Shown here: piece by piece, positions 1 to 12,969 of the stretch
Position numbering within the stretch: position 1 is the stretch's first letter
Layout: every line of letters begins with the position of its first letter
Source: Iphione sp. A-MEVVRFRX5
Taxonomy: Eukaryota
Length of the DNA: 64,000 bases
Reading direction: 5' to 3'
NCBI GenBank assembly: GCA_976226885.1
Contig: OZ320319.1
Span: 35,836,001 to 35,900,000 of the forward strand
Notes under the pieces: model-generated
Told to the model about the DNA's origin: nothing
Databases searched by the model: none
What the model saw: only the letters and a program-made list of their open reading frames with translations
Program-made: the position numbers and the translations under genes

Positions 1-1562
1 GCATCCTTCCTGGATCTCCGTATGAGAGAGGCAGGTTTTAGCTCCATTGTTTCACGCCGATATACAAAGAACTTTTCTGAATTGTATCTCTCCTATTAGT
101 GATAAAATGTATTTTATGGAAAACCTAAGGATAATCCAGGCTCTACTTGCTAACGAAGATAAGGCATTGCGTTTGTACGTTTACTTGTGTGCATTTCAGC
201 GTATTGTTGGCCATTTATAAGGAGTTTCGAATAAAGATGATTTAGGTAAAATATATTCATGTGAGTTTACAATACATGTATATAAACAGCTGTTAAAGGC
301 ACATCTTGAATCGTAACGCTGTCTTTTTGACGTAAAATGTCCCTTTTTACATTCATAAAAACATGACAGTTTCGTTTACTTGTACATGTACATCTATACT
401 TTTCCCAACATGTCGGTTCATATAGAGGGAAAACTGTGGTAGCTTCAAAAACGAACGTTATGTTTGGATTGATAAAATGTGTGGCACTCAGTGTTTATAG
501 CATGGTATTGTGTGCTAGGTGCCTGTTCCACCTTTACAAACAGCTCCCCCTCCCTAATCATCAACCAGGGGACGCTAGTCGCTCGAGGTTCCCATGGCAT
601 GGACTCGCTAGGGGTCGCGTCGAGCGTCTGAGGTCACCATGGTAGCAGACGTCAGGACGTCAGGCGATTTGTCTTCGGCTGACGCTGTCGTCACGTGCTC
701 CCACGTTTAGTTCACAGCCACTGAGCGTTGTCTTAACAACCGTCAACCTGCGATGGTCGGGAGAAGGCGAAATTCCCCTGCCTGTAACTTTTGCCCCCGA
801 AAGCGCTCGCTCAGAAATGGACGAGGACGACTAGCCGCAGCGAATGTAATGGCAGGGTAATTTTTAGTGCTCATAAACCATGCAGGACGGCGGGGACGGC
901 AAGAATAAGGGAGAGAGTAGTTTCTGCACTGACCCAGGTGAATGTTTTAAAAGCTGCCTCGTCCCTGCATGATACATGTATAAAGTACGGAGAGTTCTGC
1001 GTACCATCTGAGTCATTCGATATGCGGGTCTTGGGGATACTTTTTGAATAATATCTAACAAAGCCCTACTTGAAGGGTATCATGTCACATTTACTTAAAG
1101 TTACACGAGTGCCAGGAGGGTTTGGACCGATTAACATAACACAGCTGATGGTACCACTGTTTTAAGTATCTTATTTTTCGGTGACATGGAAGAATCATAT
1201 TGTGTTATCGTCACTCAGGTCAGTCGTATCATCTGTTTGAGAAAGGCAGAAAGAATGGACGAAAAACACGTGTAGCCCCGCTAAGAGCCGCATGTGATCA
1301 TTATCATAATAATCGCCGACGCCCCCCTTGAGAGGTGAGCACTGCACATGTGTGGCATGGTGGGAGTCGTCCAGAACGGGCCAGGGCCGAACATCAGGTG
1401 GTGGCGCCAGCGTGTGTTTCTTCACGTCACTGGGACCTCACTGCCTTGAAGCTCACAGCCCACCCTGCACCCAGCCCACCCTACCGCCCACCCCCACCGA
1501 GTGCCGAGTAACGCACGTTCCCTTCTTTTCTGATCAAAACCCTGCGTTCTTCTCGCATCATG

Positions 1563-1584
1563 TGACCTGCGTGACCTTCGACCT
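1563..1584 (-). promoter_or_regulatory. Triple nuclear-receptor half-site array (DR3 + DR1)
   Basis: Plus strand reads TGACCT-gcg-TGACCT-t-CGACCT; on minus this is AGGTCG-N1-AGGTCA-N3-AGGTCA. Motif match only. Confidence 0.35.
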
Positions 1585-1602
1585 TGCCGACGTGATCGGC
1601 CC

Positions 1603-1701
1603 GCACCAGATGGCGCCATTATCGAGAGGTGCGCGCGCATACCTTTCACACCTCTGTCAGGGCTCTTGTCATTCTCAAACAACACTCGCCAGAGGGCGTC
1701 A
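1603..1701 (+). promoter_or_regulatory. Pair of CTCF-like sites
   Basis: GCACCAGATGGCGCCA (1603-1618) and CTCGCCAGAGGGCGTCA (1685-1701) resemble the CTCF core CCACCAGRKGGCRC. Confidence 0.45.
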
Positions 1702-3076
1702 CTGGTCTCTACTGTTCTCGGGGCGCAGTGAGAGAAAGGGCACTTTTTGAAAGCCCTGTATTAATAATAGCCAACCCCCACGCCGCTGAATTCCCCTCGG
1801 GAGAGACACAAGGGCCCCGCGCAGGGCCAGGTACTCCATGCTGACGTCTATTTTGTAACTGTAAGGGGCGGCGCGTGATGCCATCCTTGGCTGATTATTA
1901 TTTTTTTTTCTTTGGAGGAGATTTTAAGATTAGCTCAATCAAACGAAACGCCCAACAAGCACAGACAAAGCCGTCGCATCCAGGTGTGTGACTGCTTTTC
2001 CTTCAAGATTAGCCCATCACTAGGACACCTATGGTGTCAGGACGCTTTTTTGTCCTGTGTCTAAACATCAGTGTTGTTTATAACATACAGTTGACACTGG
2101 GGTGGTTTTGGGGTGCTGAATGGCGCAAAAGGGCTTCTCCAACAAGGAATAATGTTGTTCTCACTTCCACCAAAGTTTGTGTGGCTGAACGAGTCGTCCT
2201 TGTGACCCTGTGAGTTGATTGGTTAACATCCAGTACATTACTGAACGCTCGGGTAGCTGCTGGGGCCCCTGGAGTGACCTCCAGTCTACCCCCGCACCAG
2301 GCCGCCCTCATCCCGCCCCACCGTTGGCCTCCTCCAGTACCTAGCACCTACCCACTTGTTGGTTCTGCCTAATGTACCTTTGTAATCTCACCAGAGTGGA
2401 ATGTATGTCAGACGCTGACCTCCGACCCCGGCGAGACGATAGCAGTGTCGTGTGCCGCCACAAGAGGGCAGGCCGGGCTGCCGTGAAAATCCACTGTGCA
2501 GGACCCGGGCGGGTCACGTGACAGTCCTATTATCACCAGACGCGTTACATTTAATGTAATCTGATCGTAAGTTTCTTCCTTTGTTTTGGGGAAAGACAAA
2601 AATCATAAATTCTACTAGAGACAAAGAAAAGGTTGTAGAAAGCACATTCTTCCTTTGATTGTGGTCGCTAAGGTGGGACGGGACTTTGAGCTACTCGTTG
2701 TGAAGAAGGGGGAGCTGCACATTCCTATCTCGCTGGGTTCTCTTTCAGAGAGCTGCTCGGGAGGAATATTTTTTTTTACCACACGCTCCCTTTTTTGGCT
2801 GCTATGGTACGTGGAAACAGGACAGGAGATTCAGGTGACAGGTTCTTTCCTACTGATTCATCAACTCGCCCCCGCCTGGCCCCGACCCTCCCAGTTACCC
2901 CTACCCCCATATGTAACCCCCGCCGTCCCCGTCTCCAGGCCGGTTGGTTCCATACAGGACAAACATCATCCTCCCACTCACAGGCTAGCGGCAGCCACCA
3001 ACCGCCAACCACCTTCTCGTTCAATACTGTCTTGAAATTTCCGGCTCCGCTACGTCTTTATCACGGTGACGTGGAC

Positions 3077-3107
3077 GTTGTCATGGTAACTCAGTTACCT
3101 TGGCGAC
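3077..3107. promoter_or_regulatory. Tandem RFX X-boxes
   Basis: GTTGTCATGGTAAC (3077-3090) and GTTACCTTGGCGAC (3094-3107), 3 bp apart; each has one mismatch to GTYRCYATRGYRAY. Confidence 0.5.
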
Positions 3108-4780
3108 CAGGAGAGCGGGGGTGAAATTGACTATATACAGGTGATGGGAGTCGCCGAGTTGGTACCACTGCCTGTCATAGATATTGTTTGGATCCCCACT
3201 GGCAGTATGACAGATTCTAACTCTGAAAGATAATTTTTGATACTGTCGTCGATTTTCTCGCACCAAACACATGCGGGGGCGGGTGGGAAAGGGGCTTGAC
3301 AAAGAATCCTATATCTGTTATATGTGTCCATCATCCATTCATTCAGTACCTCTACGAAGAGAGATACTGTAGATTCTGCAGTAGTAAAGTCAAATGAAAT
3401 ATAAAACAGGTCATGCGCATATATTGATGAAAGCTTTACTTTTAAAAGTAAAACTGTATCCCAAATAAGATCACAGGTACTGCTGCCCAGTTAACAAGTA
3501 TGTGATATTTTCCTAGAAGGCTAGTATGTGGCGTTTTCTCATAAAAATGCCTCATACACCAAGCCCTCCGACCACCTGGCCACTCGCCATTTTGCCTCGC
3601 ATAAAGGTATGATGAATAGATATTAAATACAAACATTAACCGCTTCACCTCTCTCACGATAATCGCCCAAGCGTGATAGATATTGACTATGACAGACACT
3701 GCTACTCATGCGTAACGGCTGATGTCTCCACCCTCCCTCAACCCCCCACACCCCCACAGTCGGCCAGGGCGCCTAAAGGCTTTTTGCTTTAATAAAAAAA
3801 GCGTCGCCACATGTCCCCTGCTGCATCTGCTCAACCCGTTATAACCCATAGAGCACGGCTGGCGTTAAAGCCCTCGCGATGGCTAAACCGATGCAAAATA
3901 GCTCTATTGTCTGAGACGCGAGCTTTGATTTCCTCGCGTGGCATCATGTACAATGGGACCTAAGATAAATGGGGGCTTAGTGAAGGTAGGACGGGAGGCA
4001 GCGGGGGAATCAGGGAGAGAGTCAAGGAGGGAGGGCGAGCGGGAGCAACGGTGGGGACATGATGGGGAGGGAGGTATGCTACGCGGACACATGAGTTTTT
4101 GGCGTCCCTTTTCTTATAATGATTACCCCTGGCTGCCGGGCGGCGAACCACGTGGTGGCTCAGCTGACCTCTGGCGGCCAGGTACTATTAGTCTCTCGGG
4201 CGGGAGGGCGGCGAGACGTGGGCGCGACAGGCGCCGCCCCACTCGCTTTATGAAGGCGCCAGCTGAATTGGGTTGAGGGGCCGAAGGGACGAAAACGGCC
4301 ACCTTGCCACCAGCCACCACTACACCCGACCGTTGTAATACCCATGCCTGGCTAGGATGGTGCGCTGGGAGGAAAGTCCCCCACCTAATTTTCATAACGT
4401 TTGCGGCTGCAGCATGGAACAAGACATGATCCTGACGCCGCTGCCTTTTAGGGTTCTACCACAAATTCCGATTGATAGAAGTTACATCAGACTCAGGCCA
4501 GGTTTCCGTGAATATGTGGTGCATGCGTGCGGGAAAATATGGTAGTACATGTGTATGAAGAGACATGTGTTTCCATGAGGATGGTGCATATGTGCAGTTT
4601 TCCAATGCATGCAAATGGCACTGGCCGAAACGAGTACTGTCCATGAATTTCATATAAGCTCACTTCCACCCACCAGTAACACATGGATGATAGGGTTACG
4701 GTCCGTCTGAGTATGTAAGCACATACATGTACATGTATGTATAATCACGTCAGTTTATGTATGGTTTACATAAAGAATGC

Positions 4781-4867
4781 CAATTTACAGTTATGGCTCA
4801 ATGGCAAGAAATTTGCCAAAGACTCTGCACAATTTGCACAGTTATGGCTCAATTTAAAGAAATTTGC
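4781..4867. repeat. Short imperfect tandem duplication (~40-50 bp unit)
   Basis: Exact 16-mer ACAGTTATGGCTCAAT at 4787-4802 and 4838-4853, each followed by AAGAAATTTGC. Confidence 0.8.
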
Positions 4868-5454
4868 ACACACAAACTGAACTATTTACACGGAGAAACC
4901 TACAATCACACACATACACACACGCAGACACAATATCCTCAAGAATACACACTCGCACGCACTTATATATACATGTATACACATCCTTACATACAGCATT
5001 GAAACGTGGCCTAAGGTGTATTCTTCGTTGAGTGAAATGAATGTTCGATACAGCTTTGTACTCCAAATGCTATTGTGCCTGTGTTTTCTTCGCAATCTTT
5101 TATATGAATATGCATGTTTCATTAGCGAATCATTTTGTTTCGTTCAACCGACACTTAAGGTATATGTACATGTACATGTAATTTTAAAAGAAATATTTCA
5201 AGCCATTTTCATCTTTTTGGTTATCAATAATACGACAGTTTTATAAAAACATATAATATACATATATGTATATATACATATACCAGTTCCTTGCCAGTTA
5301 TACGCAGCGTCAGCACTTGCAGTCAGTATTCAAATGGTACGATTTTGTTCATTTTTTTTCTGCAGCCAGTGTGCAGTCATATGTTCAGTGTGTACGTATT
5401 TGCTGTATGTATGAAGCAAAATACCTGAACTGCACTTTTTTCAATTGTTCATAG

Positions 5455-5733
5455 ATGACCATTCGCTCGATGCGCCCCCCGTCGCCATTGGCGTGCATGT
5501 GACCGAGGAGGAGGATGGCGACGTCACAGAAACTGAAACGCAGCCTGATACAGACAGTTGTCCAGGCGACAAAGCTACCAGCGACGCGGGCAGTCCGAGC
5601 GACAGCGACGTCCTCGCCAACGATAAGTCGCCCGACGGTGGCAGCGACCCAAATCCTGTCGAGATGAGCGTCCCCTCACCTGTGATAGCGCCCGATGCCA
5701 GCAAAGCTAACGCACCGACCGTGGCGGGCTTAG
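5455..5733 (+). CDS. ZEB1/2: Internal coding exon (279 nt, phase 1-1), acidic low-complexity N-terminal region of the putative ZEB1/2 protein
   Basis: Acceptor ...cttttttcaattgttcatAG| at 5453-5454, donor |GTAAAT at 5734. Open frame DHSLDAPPVAIGVHVTEEEDGDVTETETQPDTDSC...APTVAGL. GC step relative to flanks. Splices in frame to the next exon. Identity inferred from the neighbouring exon, not from its own sequence. Confidence 0.62.
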
Positions 5734-6023
5734 GTAAATCTCACTCACGCAAGGCCCTTTCCTCCTCTAGCCTCACTACAGCAGGCTAGACACTACCACC
5801 CACCTCCCCTCTCTCCCACCCTCTTCAGTCCAATGTGAACATAGTACGGGGTCGGGGATGCACTCTATCAAAGGGTGGTGATGGGTTAACGTTATGTATA
5901 CATTATGTAAATTCATATAGCAAAATTTATATATGTAGATATTGGGTAAATGGTTAGTAACGTGTTATTGACTGGATATTAAATTATGAATGAAGTCCTA
6001 CAGAATGATAGCTTCAGTTTTTG

Positions 6024-6184
6024 NNNNNNNNNNNNNNNNNNNNNNNNNNNNNNNNNNNNNNNNNNNNNNNNNNNNNNNNNNNNNNNNNNNNNNNNNNNNN
6101 NNNNNNNNNNNNNNNNNNNNNNNNNNNNNNNNNNNNNNNNNNNNNNNNNNNNNNNNNNNNNNNNNNNNNNNNNNNNNNNNNNNN
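6024..6184. other. Assembly gap (N run) inside the intron between the two exons
   Basis: Run of N; end coordinate approximate by 1-2 nt. Confidence 0.95.
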
Positions 6185-6381
6185 NCCCACATAGTCTGTA
6201 CGCCACTGTCTCTCTTTTACTTCCACGTATCGTGTACACTATATTTTAATTTTAGGGTATACGAATTCCGTTTTCATTGGAAGCTGTAGCAGCCTAGTGC
6301 CTGTAAAGCCTGTAAATGTGCTTATTTGGGGCCGAGCAACCTTGATGTACCTTTGTTTTTCTTCCTCTTTTTTTTAACAAG

Positions 6382-6606
6382 ATAAAGTACCTGGTTGCCA
6401 TGACGACCGAACGGCTGGGGGTCTGACAGAAGATGACAAGATCCAGGAGTTACTCAACCGTAGCGACACGGCCATCATCTTCCCGGAACCGGTCAGTGAC
6501 CATGACGACGATCACCGTGGCAACCACCACAACGACGACACCAACGGCCTGCCAAGCAACAGTAGCGACGTCCACAGCAACAACAACGACGACGCAGACA
6601 GTGAAG
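6382..6606 (+). CDS. ZEB1/2: Internal coding exon (225 nt, phase 1-1) of a ZEB-family zinc-finger homeobox gene
   Basis: Long pyrimidine tract ...tttttcttcctcttttttttaacaAG|, donor |GTAGGA at 6607. Frame gives DKVPGCHDDRTAGGLTEDDKIQELLNRSDTAIIFPEPVSDHDDD...DADSE. IQELLNRSDTAIIFPE matches, from memory, human ZEB2 IEEYLQRSDTAIIYPE (12/16 identical) and ZEB1 VEEFLQQQDTAVIFPE. This frame is missing from the ORF track because it has no start codon. Confidence 0.8.
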
Positions 6607-9600
6607 GTAGGAGCACTCTTGCCCTGAAACACAGCCGTGGCTGAAATCTCACCGCGTTGAACTGTGATCGCATGTTCCCCCTCCGTTATTATCACTACAC
6701 ATTAACCTGCCGTACATCAGACAACGAAATGAATTGTTGGTCCTGAAGCCATCTCCTCGTTATTGTGTTCTGATAATATTGTAACCTACTTGCAGGGTCG
6801 ACAAAATATTTTTGTTTATTCTTGTTAGGTCATTTATTTTTTAGTCTCCTGTGATCCGGCTACAGTGATGTATACAGTTATAAAAGCGTTGGTATATATC
6901 TTTACCTTTGATCTGCTCGCACTACTGCGACATAAACATCATCGTTGCTGTGTGGGAATAGAGGGTGCAGGACGCACAGTCCTGATTGCGTAGGCAGTGA
7001 CAACTAGCCGGGGTCGTCGATGTCACCATTTAAACTGAGCAGTTCAAGTGGCCCGCACCAGCTCTTTGGGGGATTGAGATATTGTCTCTTGCTCCTCGTG
7101 GCGGTTCCGGCCGCACGACGAGCTGTGCCGGTAGCCGCCGTTGTGGTCGGCGATGGTCTTGTCGGTGATGTTGGACACGGCTGGACACGGCCGCGGGGAG
7201 GTGCGCGGACACCTCCATTACACGCCAGACGACCTGCTGGTGACCGGCGGCCGAGGGGACTTGGCGTGGCGCCAGGCAGGCGGCAGGCGGCGCACCAGCC
7301 TGGCTGTGACCAGGCCCCAACCAGATTCCAGCGCTATGTTATGGCATGTTTAGAGTAGCACGGCGTATTCTATGGTGAATTGTCACCCTCACCATGTTCG
7401 GCGATCACCGAGCTGGGACGGGCTCTACGAGAGCACAGAGCCCAGACTGCTACACTCTATACTACTCGGTGTCGGTTGGTGACACGATGTTGGCTTAACG
7501 ACCGTGAGGTCAGCAGCCTCCGCCGGTTGCCATAGCATGACAAAATACCCGGATATATATATACGAATGGTGTAGTCACGTGTAATCGGCCCTGAGTGCA
7601 GGTCATGCATTGGACGAGTGCACTACTGCTCTATACGTATTACAAGTAGAGAGTGGGATGTGTGGCCTCAAATAGGACACCATAATAAAAAAGTATTCAA
7701 AAAAAACAGATAGCGGGCAAAAATTACTTGGCAAATCGGTATATCTTTGACATCAGCTTCTGTGTGTAGAATGAAGGTGACGAGTGATGTCATTTTGTCC
7801 ACCTAGAGACAATATTCATGCCGTGTCACTCTAATATGAATAAAACAGCTGACCAGAAATTTAGTCCGCACGTAGGTACCCACACCAAGCGATAAATTCC
7901 AATTTAAAGCAACATGCAGTGATGAATCATCCTCAGATAACATGGATATTGTTAAGCCTTTCCTATTTATGATTCATGAGAATTTTCAAAGAAGCCCCGG
8001 GCAAATCGTTTCTAGCCATTACTTTGTGAAAGCAGGAAAATCTTAACGATTGATCAGGATATAAAATAGTACAAGAAAACCCAGTAGTGGTAATGATTAT
8101 AATAATCATGTAGGTATATTGAGCCAGGTAATTTTGCTGGAGTAGTCCAACATGGAAGCAACCGAAGTATAAACCTAGGATTTAAACCGTGGAATAAGTT
8201 TACTTGAGAAAGTACAGGACAGGGAAATCTTTCAATGCAGAGCAACCTTTTCCTGTGATTTAGGCACATGAACTCCTTCAAGATGGAAACAACGGAAAAA
8301 GCATATCATACAATGTTACAACACAGCTTCTAGTCCATTTTATTTCTGTTTAGGCATCCTTTATTATTTTCTGTGAGTACTGCACCCTCCACAGGGGCTA
8401 ACACAGAAAGACAACAAGAGATTATAATCCATGCATATGACAAAAGAGTTTTGTACAATTTCCTGCCTCTCAAACCGGAATGTTGAGGCCCCTAGTCAAG
8501 CAACGTCTTTTGATGAAGACAATTTTTCTTCTCTCACAGAGCTAGTTTTATAGACAGTGCACAAGTGGGCCTACAGTCAACCACAAATAAACGCAGCAGT
8601 GGTTGGCAGGGGACATAGCTTATCGAGAAGTTGACTGTCACTCAGTCAGACAGCATCTATTTCACACAAAGCCTTTTTGGAGCAACGCACAACAGCCAAG
8701 TCCCATGTGAATACGATGTGAGTGACAGAGATGCAATCTTGGCTGCTGGCGTACCAATTAATGTTTTATCCTATTTTTGAAGTTGCTTTTTCTGTTATTG
8801 CTGAAGGTTACGGCTCCGTAAACTGATTGTTGACTGGTGAGGTGTTTGATGGCACTTTGGCAGTGGTCGGTGATGAATAAACCAGAACAGGCATTTTTTG
8901 GAGCGATGACAGCGTTTGAAGGGGGTCCTTCCTGCATAGGCGGTGAGGTTTGGCCAAATTCAACTGTATTAAATCACACCAGGACGTGCCCATGTTGGCT
9001 GCAGCGCAGGTCTGGCAGCGGTCTGGTCCTTGATTAACATACGCGTATACACCTCGATATATGTACCTGAATAAGGAATAGAGTCCATGCAGGTATGGTG
9101 ACGTTTACAGCTGAAAAAGAAACCGCCAAAACTGACCCTCCTGTTCACGTACATATATAGTAAACAGGACCAAAGAATGACGTGTATAAACAGGAAAGGA
9201 CCTGTGTGTGTTGTCATTCATGGGTTTGCTGGGGAGTTTTATACAAGTCACGTGCACGGCATCCATGTGTGCCTGGCCAAGATGACGTCAGGAGTTGCTC
9301 ACGTGCAGGTGATGTATCTGTGGCAGTGATTTATTGGTGCATGTAACTAGTTGTGCCTTATATATGGAATGTCATCAGCCACAGGGGATAGTATATCTTC
9401 ATAAAGGTGGACGAGTTGGGCCCCGTACACACCGTAAAGATATTTCCAGCCGACCGAACAATGACCTGTTTATTTAATGTACTTTTGTTTACTTTTGCAC
9501 AGTAGGAACATCACATGCTGTTATTCCAGACCAGTTTTCAGTGGAAAACTCAAAGAAAATTAGGAGATTGGTTTCATAGGTTTTCTTTGTAATTTCCCAG

Positions 9601-11225
9601 TTGTAAACAACATCAAAATGATCTAACAACAGCATCATTCTTTTTCCAGAAGCTATCTGATAAAGAGCGTGCAAAAGGATGTGTGCATCATAGAGCTGTG
9701 CACAGAGGCATCATTGTTTTGAAGTTAGTTCTGGGGAAAAACTACCAACCTTTTCTATACACATACATTTTGCTCTGTACACAGGTTCCTCAATTGAGAA
9801 ACATTATATCTTGTATAAACATAAGAAAGATTGTAAGCCGAGGGTCCCTACTGGTCCCTTATACATGTATATAGTATCATACCTACTACATGTAGTTGTA
9901 TGTGAAACCGAGTGGGAAAACCGAGTAAAAAAAACAAATGTGAAAAGATAGAAGCATCATAGAGAGCCATCCACCATAATGTGGACGTTTTTTGAAACCT
10001 GCATACACATACAGGTAACAGACAGTACTAGGATACTGGTTGATTTTGCTGATCCAAATTCTTATATGTAATTATGCATGTTGGAAAGTTGTGTTTATGG
10101 CATACATGTTTATGTCATGTATTTATGTCTTTCTAATACATTTAATTTTAGATGTCTGTTGAATCTCACGATTTTGCTTAATATGTTAATGTTTTTCAAT
10201 GTAATTCGGGTCAGATTTCCACTTTCATTGCTTACAAAGCACGGTAGTAATTACATTACAACCTTTCACTGGATACCCACTGATGGCCATAATCATGAGC
10301 TAGTCTAGTTGAAGTACCTGCCAGATTTTCCCATATGTTTATTTATATACTGATGTACATATACAAGCATTTTACATGCGTGTACATAAGTTTAGTAGGG
10401 ACTGGAATTTTGACCACTAAAATCTTACGCCATTGCAGAGAATAAAAAAAATTGCTTGCATGTGATGGCTTTGGTTGAGCGGCGTGGATATAACTCACCG
10501 GCAGCAGGTCACGTATACGACTGTATTGTGTGACTAATGAAGCTGATCCCTGTCATGTTGTATCTAGTGGAACCAATTTAGGATACCTCATGCATACATA
10601 CACCTCCAGTAGAACGTCCAGCCATAGCCATTCACTCCTATCTCTCCCTCTCACGATTTCATTTAATCGGCCTTTGTGCAAGTATAATGACCTTTCTTTA
10701 GCTGCCATTTTTTCCCAGGGTTGCTGGAGGTGGGGGTGGTTGGAGCAGGGACACGCTGGTATGAGTAATGGCCGTTCTGTGATCCATTTTCTGGCCGCCG
10801 AGTGAGCAGCGGTAATGCAGTGGGTGGTTGTGCGCGGATAATGAGGCTGGAATATTCACCTATCCTTGTTCCAATATCTCATTTCCGACGCGATGAGGGC
10901 CGAGGTATTACGGCGCTGCGCGGGCCGGAGCGCCGAGAATTCTCTATCTCGTTATTTCCGAAGGTAAACGTTTGGTTGTGTGACGACCGTTCCCACTCGT
11001 ACCGTCCCCCCCTCTCCCCCACCCCCTCCCCTCGTCCGCTCGCCCGTCCATGAACTAGGTATCACTCGCCCACACCCCCTAGGCGGCTGCATGTCGCCAT
11101 CTACCTATGTATACATATATATATGTCGGCGAGCTTTGATATAGAAGAGCGCGGACAGCCGGGTACTTGGCGTTCACTCAGGCGGAACCACTGAAAACAG
11201 AGGTGTCAAATAGCTCTATCACACC

Positions 11226-11228
<3 letters not shown>

Positions 11229-11311
<83 letters not shown>

Positions 11312-11326
11312 GACACACAGACAGAC
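11229..11326. repeat. Compound microsatellite (AG)19 followed by (ACAG)n
   Basis: Directly visible. Confidence 0.95.
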
Positions 11327-11329
11327 ATG

Positions 11330-12969
11330 CTCACATTAGCATGCACATACATTCTGTTACACACTCACATATAGATACATATGTAAATTCACACAAACAC
11401 CAAGACATACCTACACATATCCATACACACATCTATACACCCAACTACATACATGTCTATAGACACATACACCTAAACACATCCATACACACATCTGTAC
11501 ACATATTTATATGCAACACAAAGACACATACACCTACACACATCCACACACACACATCTATATGCAGCACAAAGACACATACACCTACACACATCCATAC
11601 ACACATCTCTACACACAACTACATACATATCTATAGACACATACACCTAAACACATCCATACATACAACTACACACATATCTATAGGCAACACAAAAGTC
11701 ACATACACCTACACACATCCATACACATCTATACACATAACTACACTCAAACATATATATATAGACAGATACACCTACACATATTTATACACATATCTAT
11801 ATGCAACACAAAGACACATATACCTAAACACATCCATACGCACAACTACACACATATCTATAGGCAACACAAAGACACATACACCTACACACATCCATAC
11901 ACACATCTATACACACAACTACACACACATATATATATACATGTATATATATAGACAGATACACCTACACACATCTATACACATATCTATATGCAACACA
12001 AAGACACATACCCCTGCACACATCCATACACATATCTCTACACACAACTGCATACATGTCTATAGACACCTACACACATCCATACACACATTTATACACA
12101 CAACTACACATATCTATAGACACCTACACCTACACACATCTATACACACAACTACATACATGTCTATAGACACCTACACCTACACACACTAATACACACA
12201 TATCTATAGACACATGCACCTACACACACAAATACACATATCTATACCAACAACTACACACATATCTGTAGACACATGCACCTACACACACCAATACACA
12301 CATTTATACACACAACTGCACATATATCTATAGACACATACACCTACACACATCCATACACACATCTATACACACAACTACACACACATATATATATATA
12401 CATGTATATATATAGACAGATACACCTACACACATCTATACACATATCTATATGCAACACAAAGACACATACCCCTGCACACATCCATACACATATCTCT
12501 ACACACAACTGCATACATGTCTATAGACACCTACACACATCCATACACACTTTTATACACACAACTACACATATCTATAGACACATACACCTACACACAT
12601 GTATACATACATCTCTATACACAACTGCATACATGTCTACAGACACCTACACACATCCATACACACATTTATACAAACAACTACACATATCTATAGACAC
12701 CTACACCTACACACATCTATACACACAACTACATACATGTCTATAGACACCTACACCTACACACACCAATACACACATATCTATAGACACATGCACCTAC
12801 ACACACAAATACACATATCTATACCAACAACTACACACATATCTGTAGACACATGCAGCTACACACACCAATACACACATTTATACACACAACTGCACAT
12901 ATATCTATAGACACATACATCTACACACATCCATACACACATCCATACACACAACTACACACACATATC
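11330..12969. repeat. Degenerate AC-rich minisatellite array with higher-order internal duplication
   Basis: Recurrent units such as ACACACATCTATACAC, ACAACTACAC, TCTATAGACAC; G-poor plus strand. It produces the spurious H/T/I/Y ORFs. Confidence 0.92.

Noticed and set aside
1422-1685. NDKSPD peptide shared with the 5455 exon
   Set aside because: Different codons, opposite strand, no surrounding similarity; coincidence.
7020-7358. GC-rich ORFs just after the ZEB exon
   Set aside because: No C2H2 pattern, no convincing splice boundaries, no recognisable homology.
11167-12910. 341-aa and neighbouring H/T/I/Y-rich ORFs
   Set aside because: Artefacts of the G-poor AC minisatellite, which rarely forms stop codons; no protein-like complexity.
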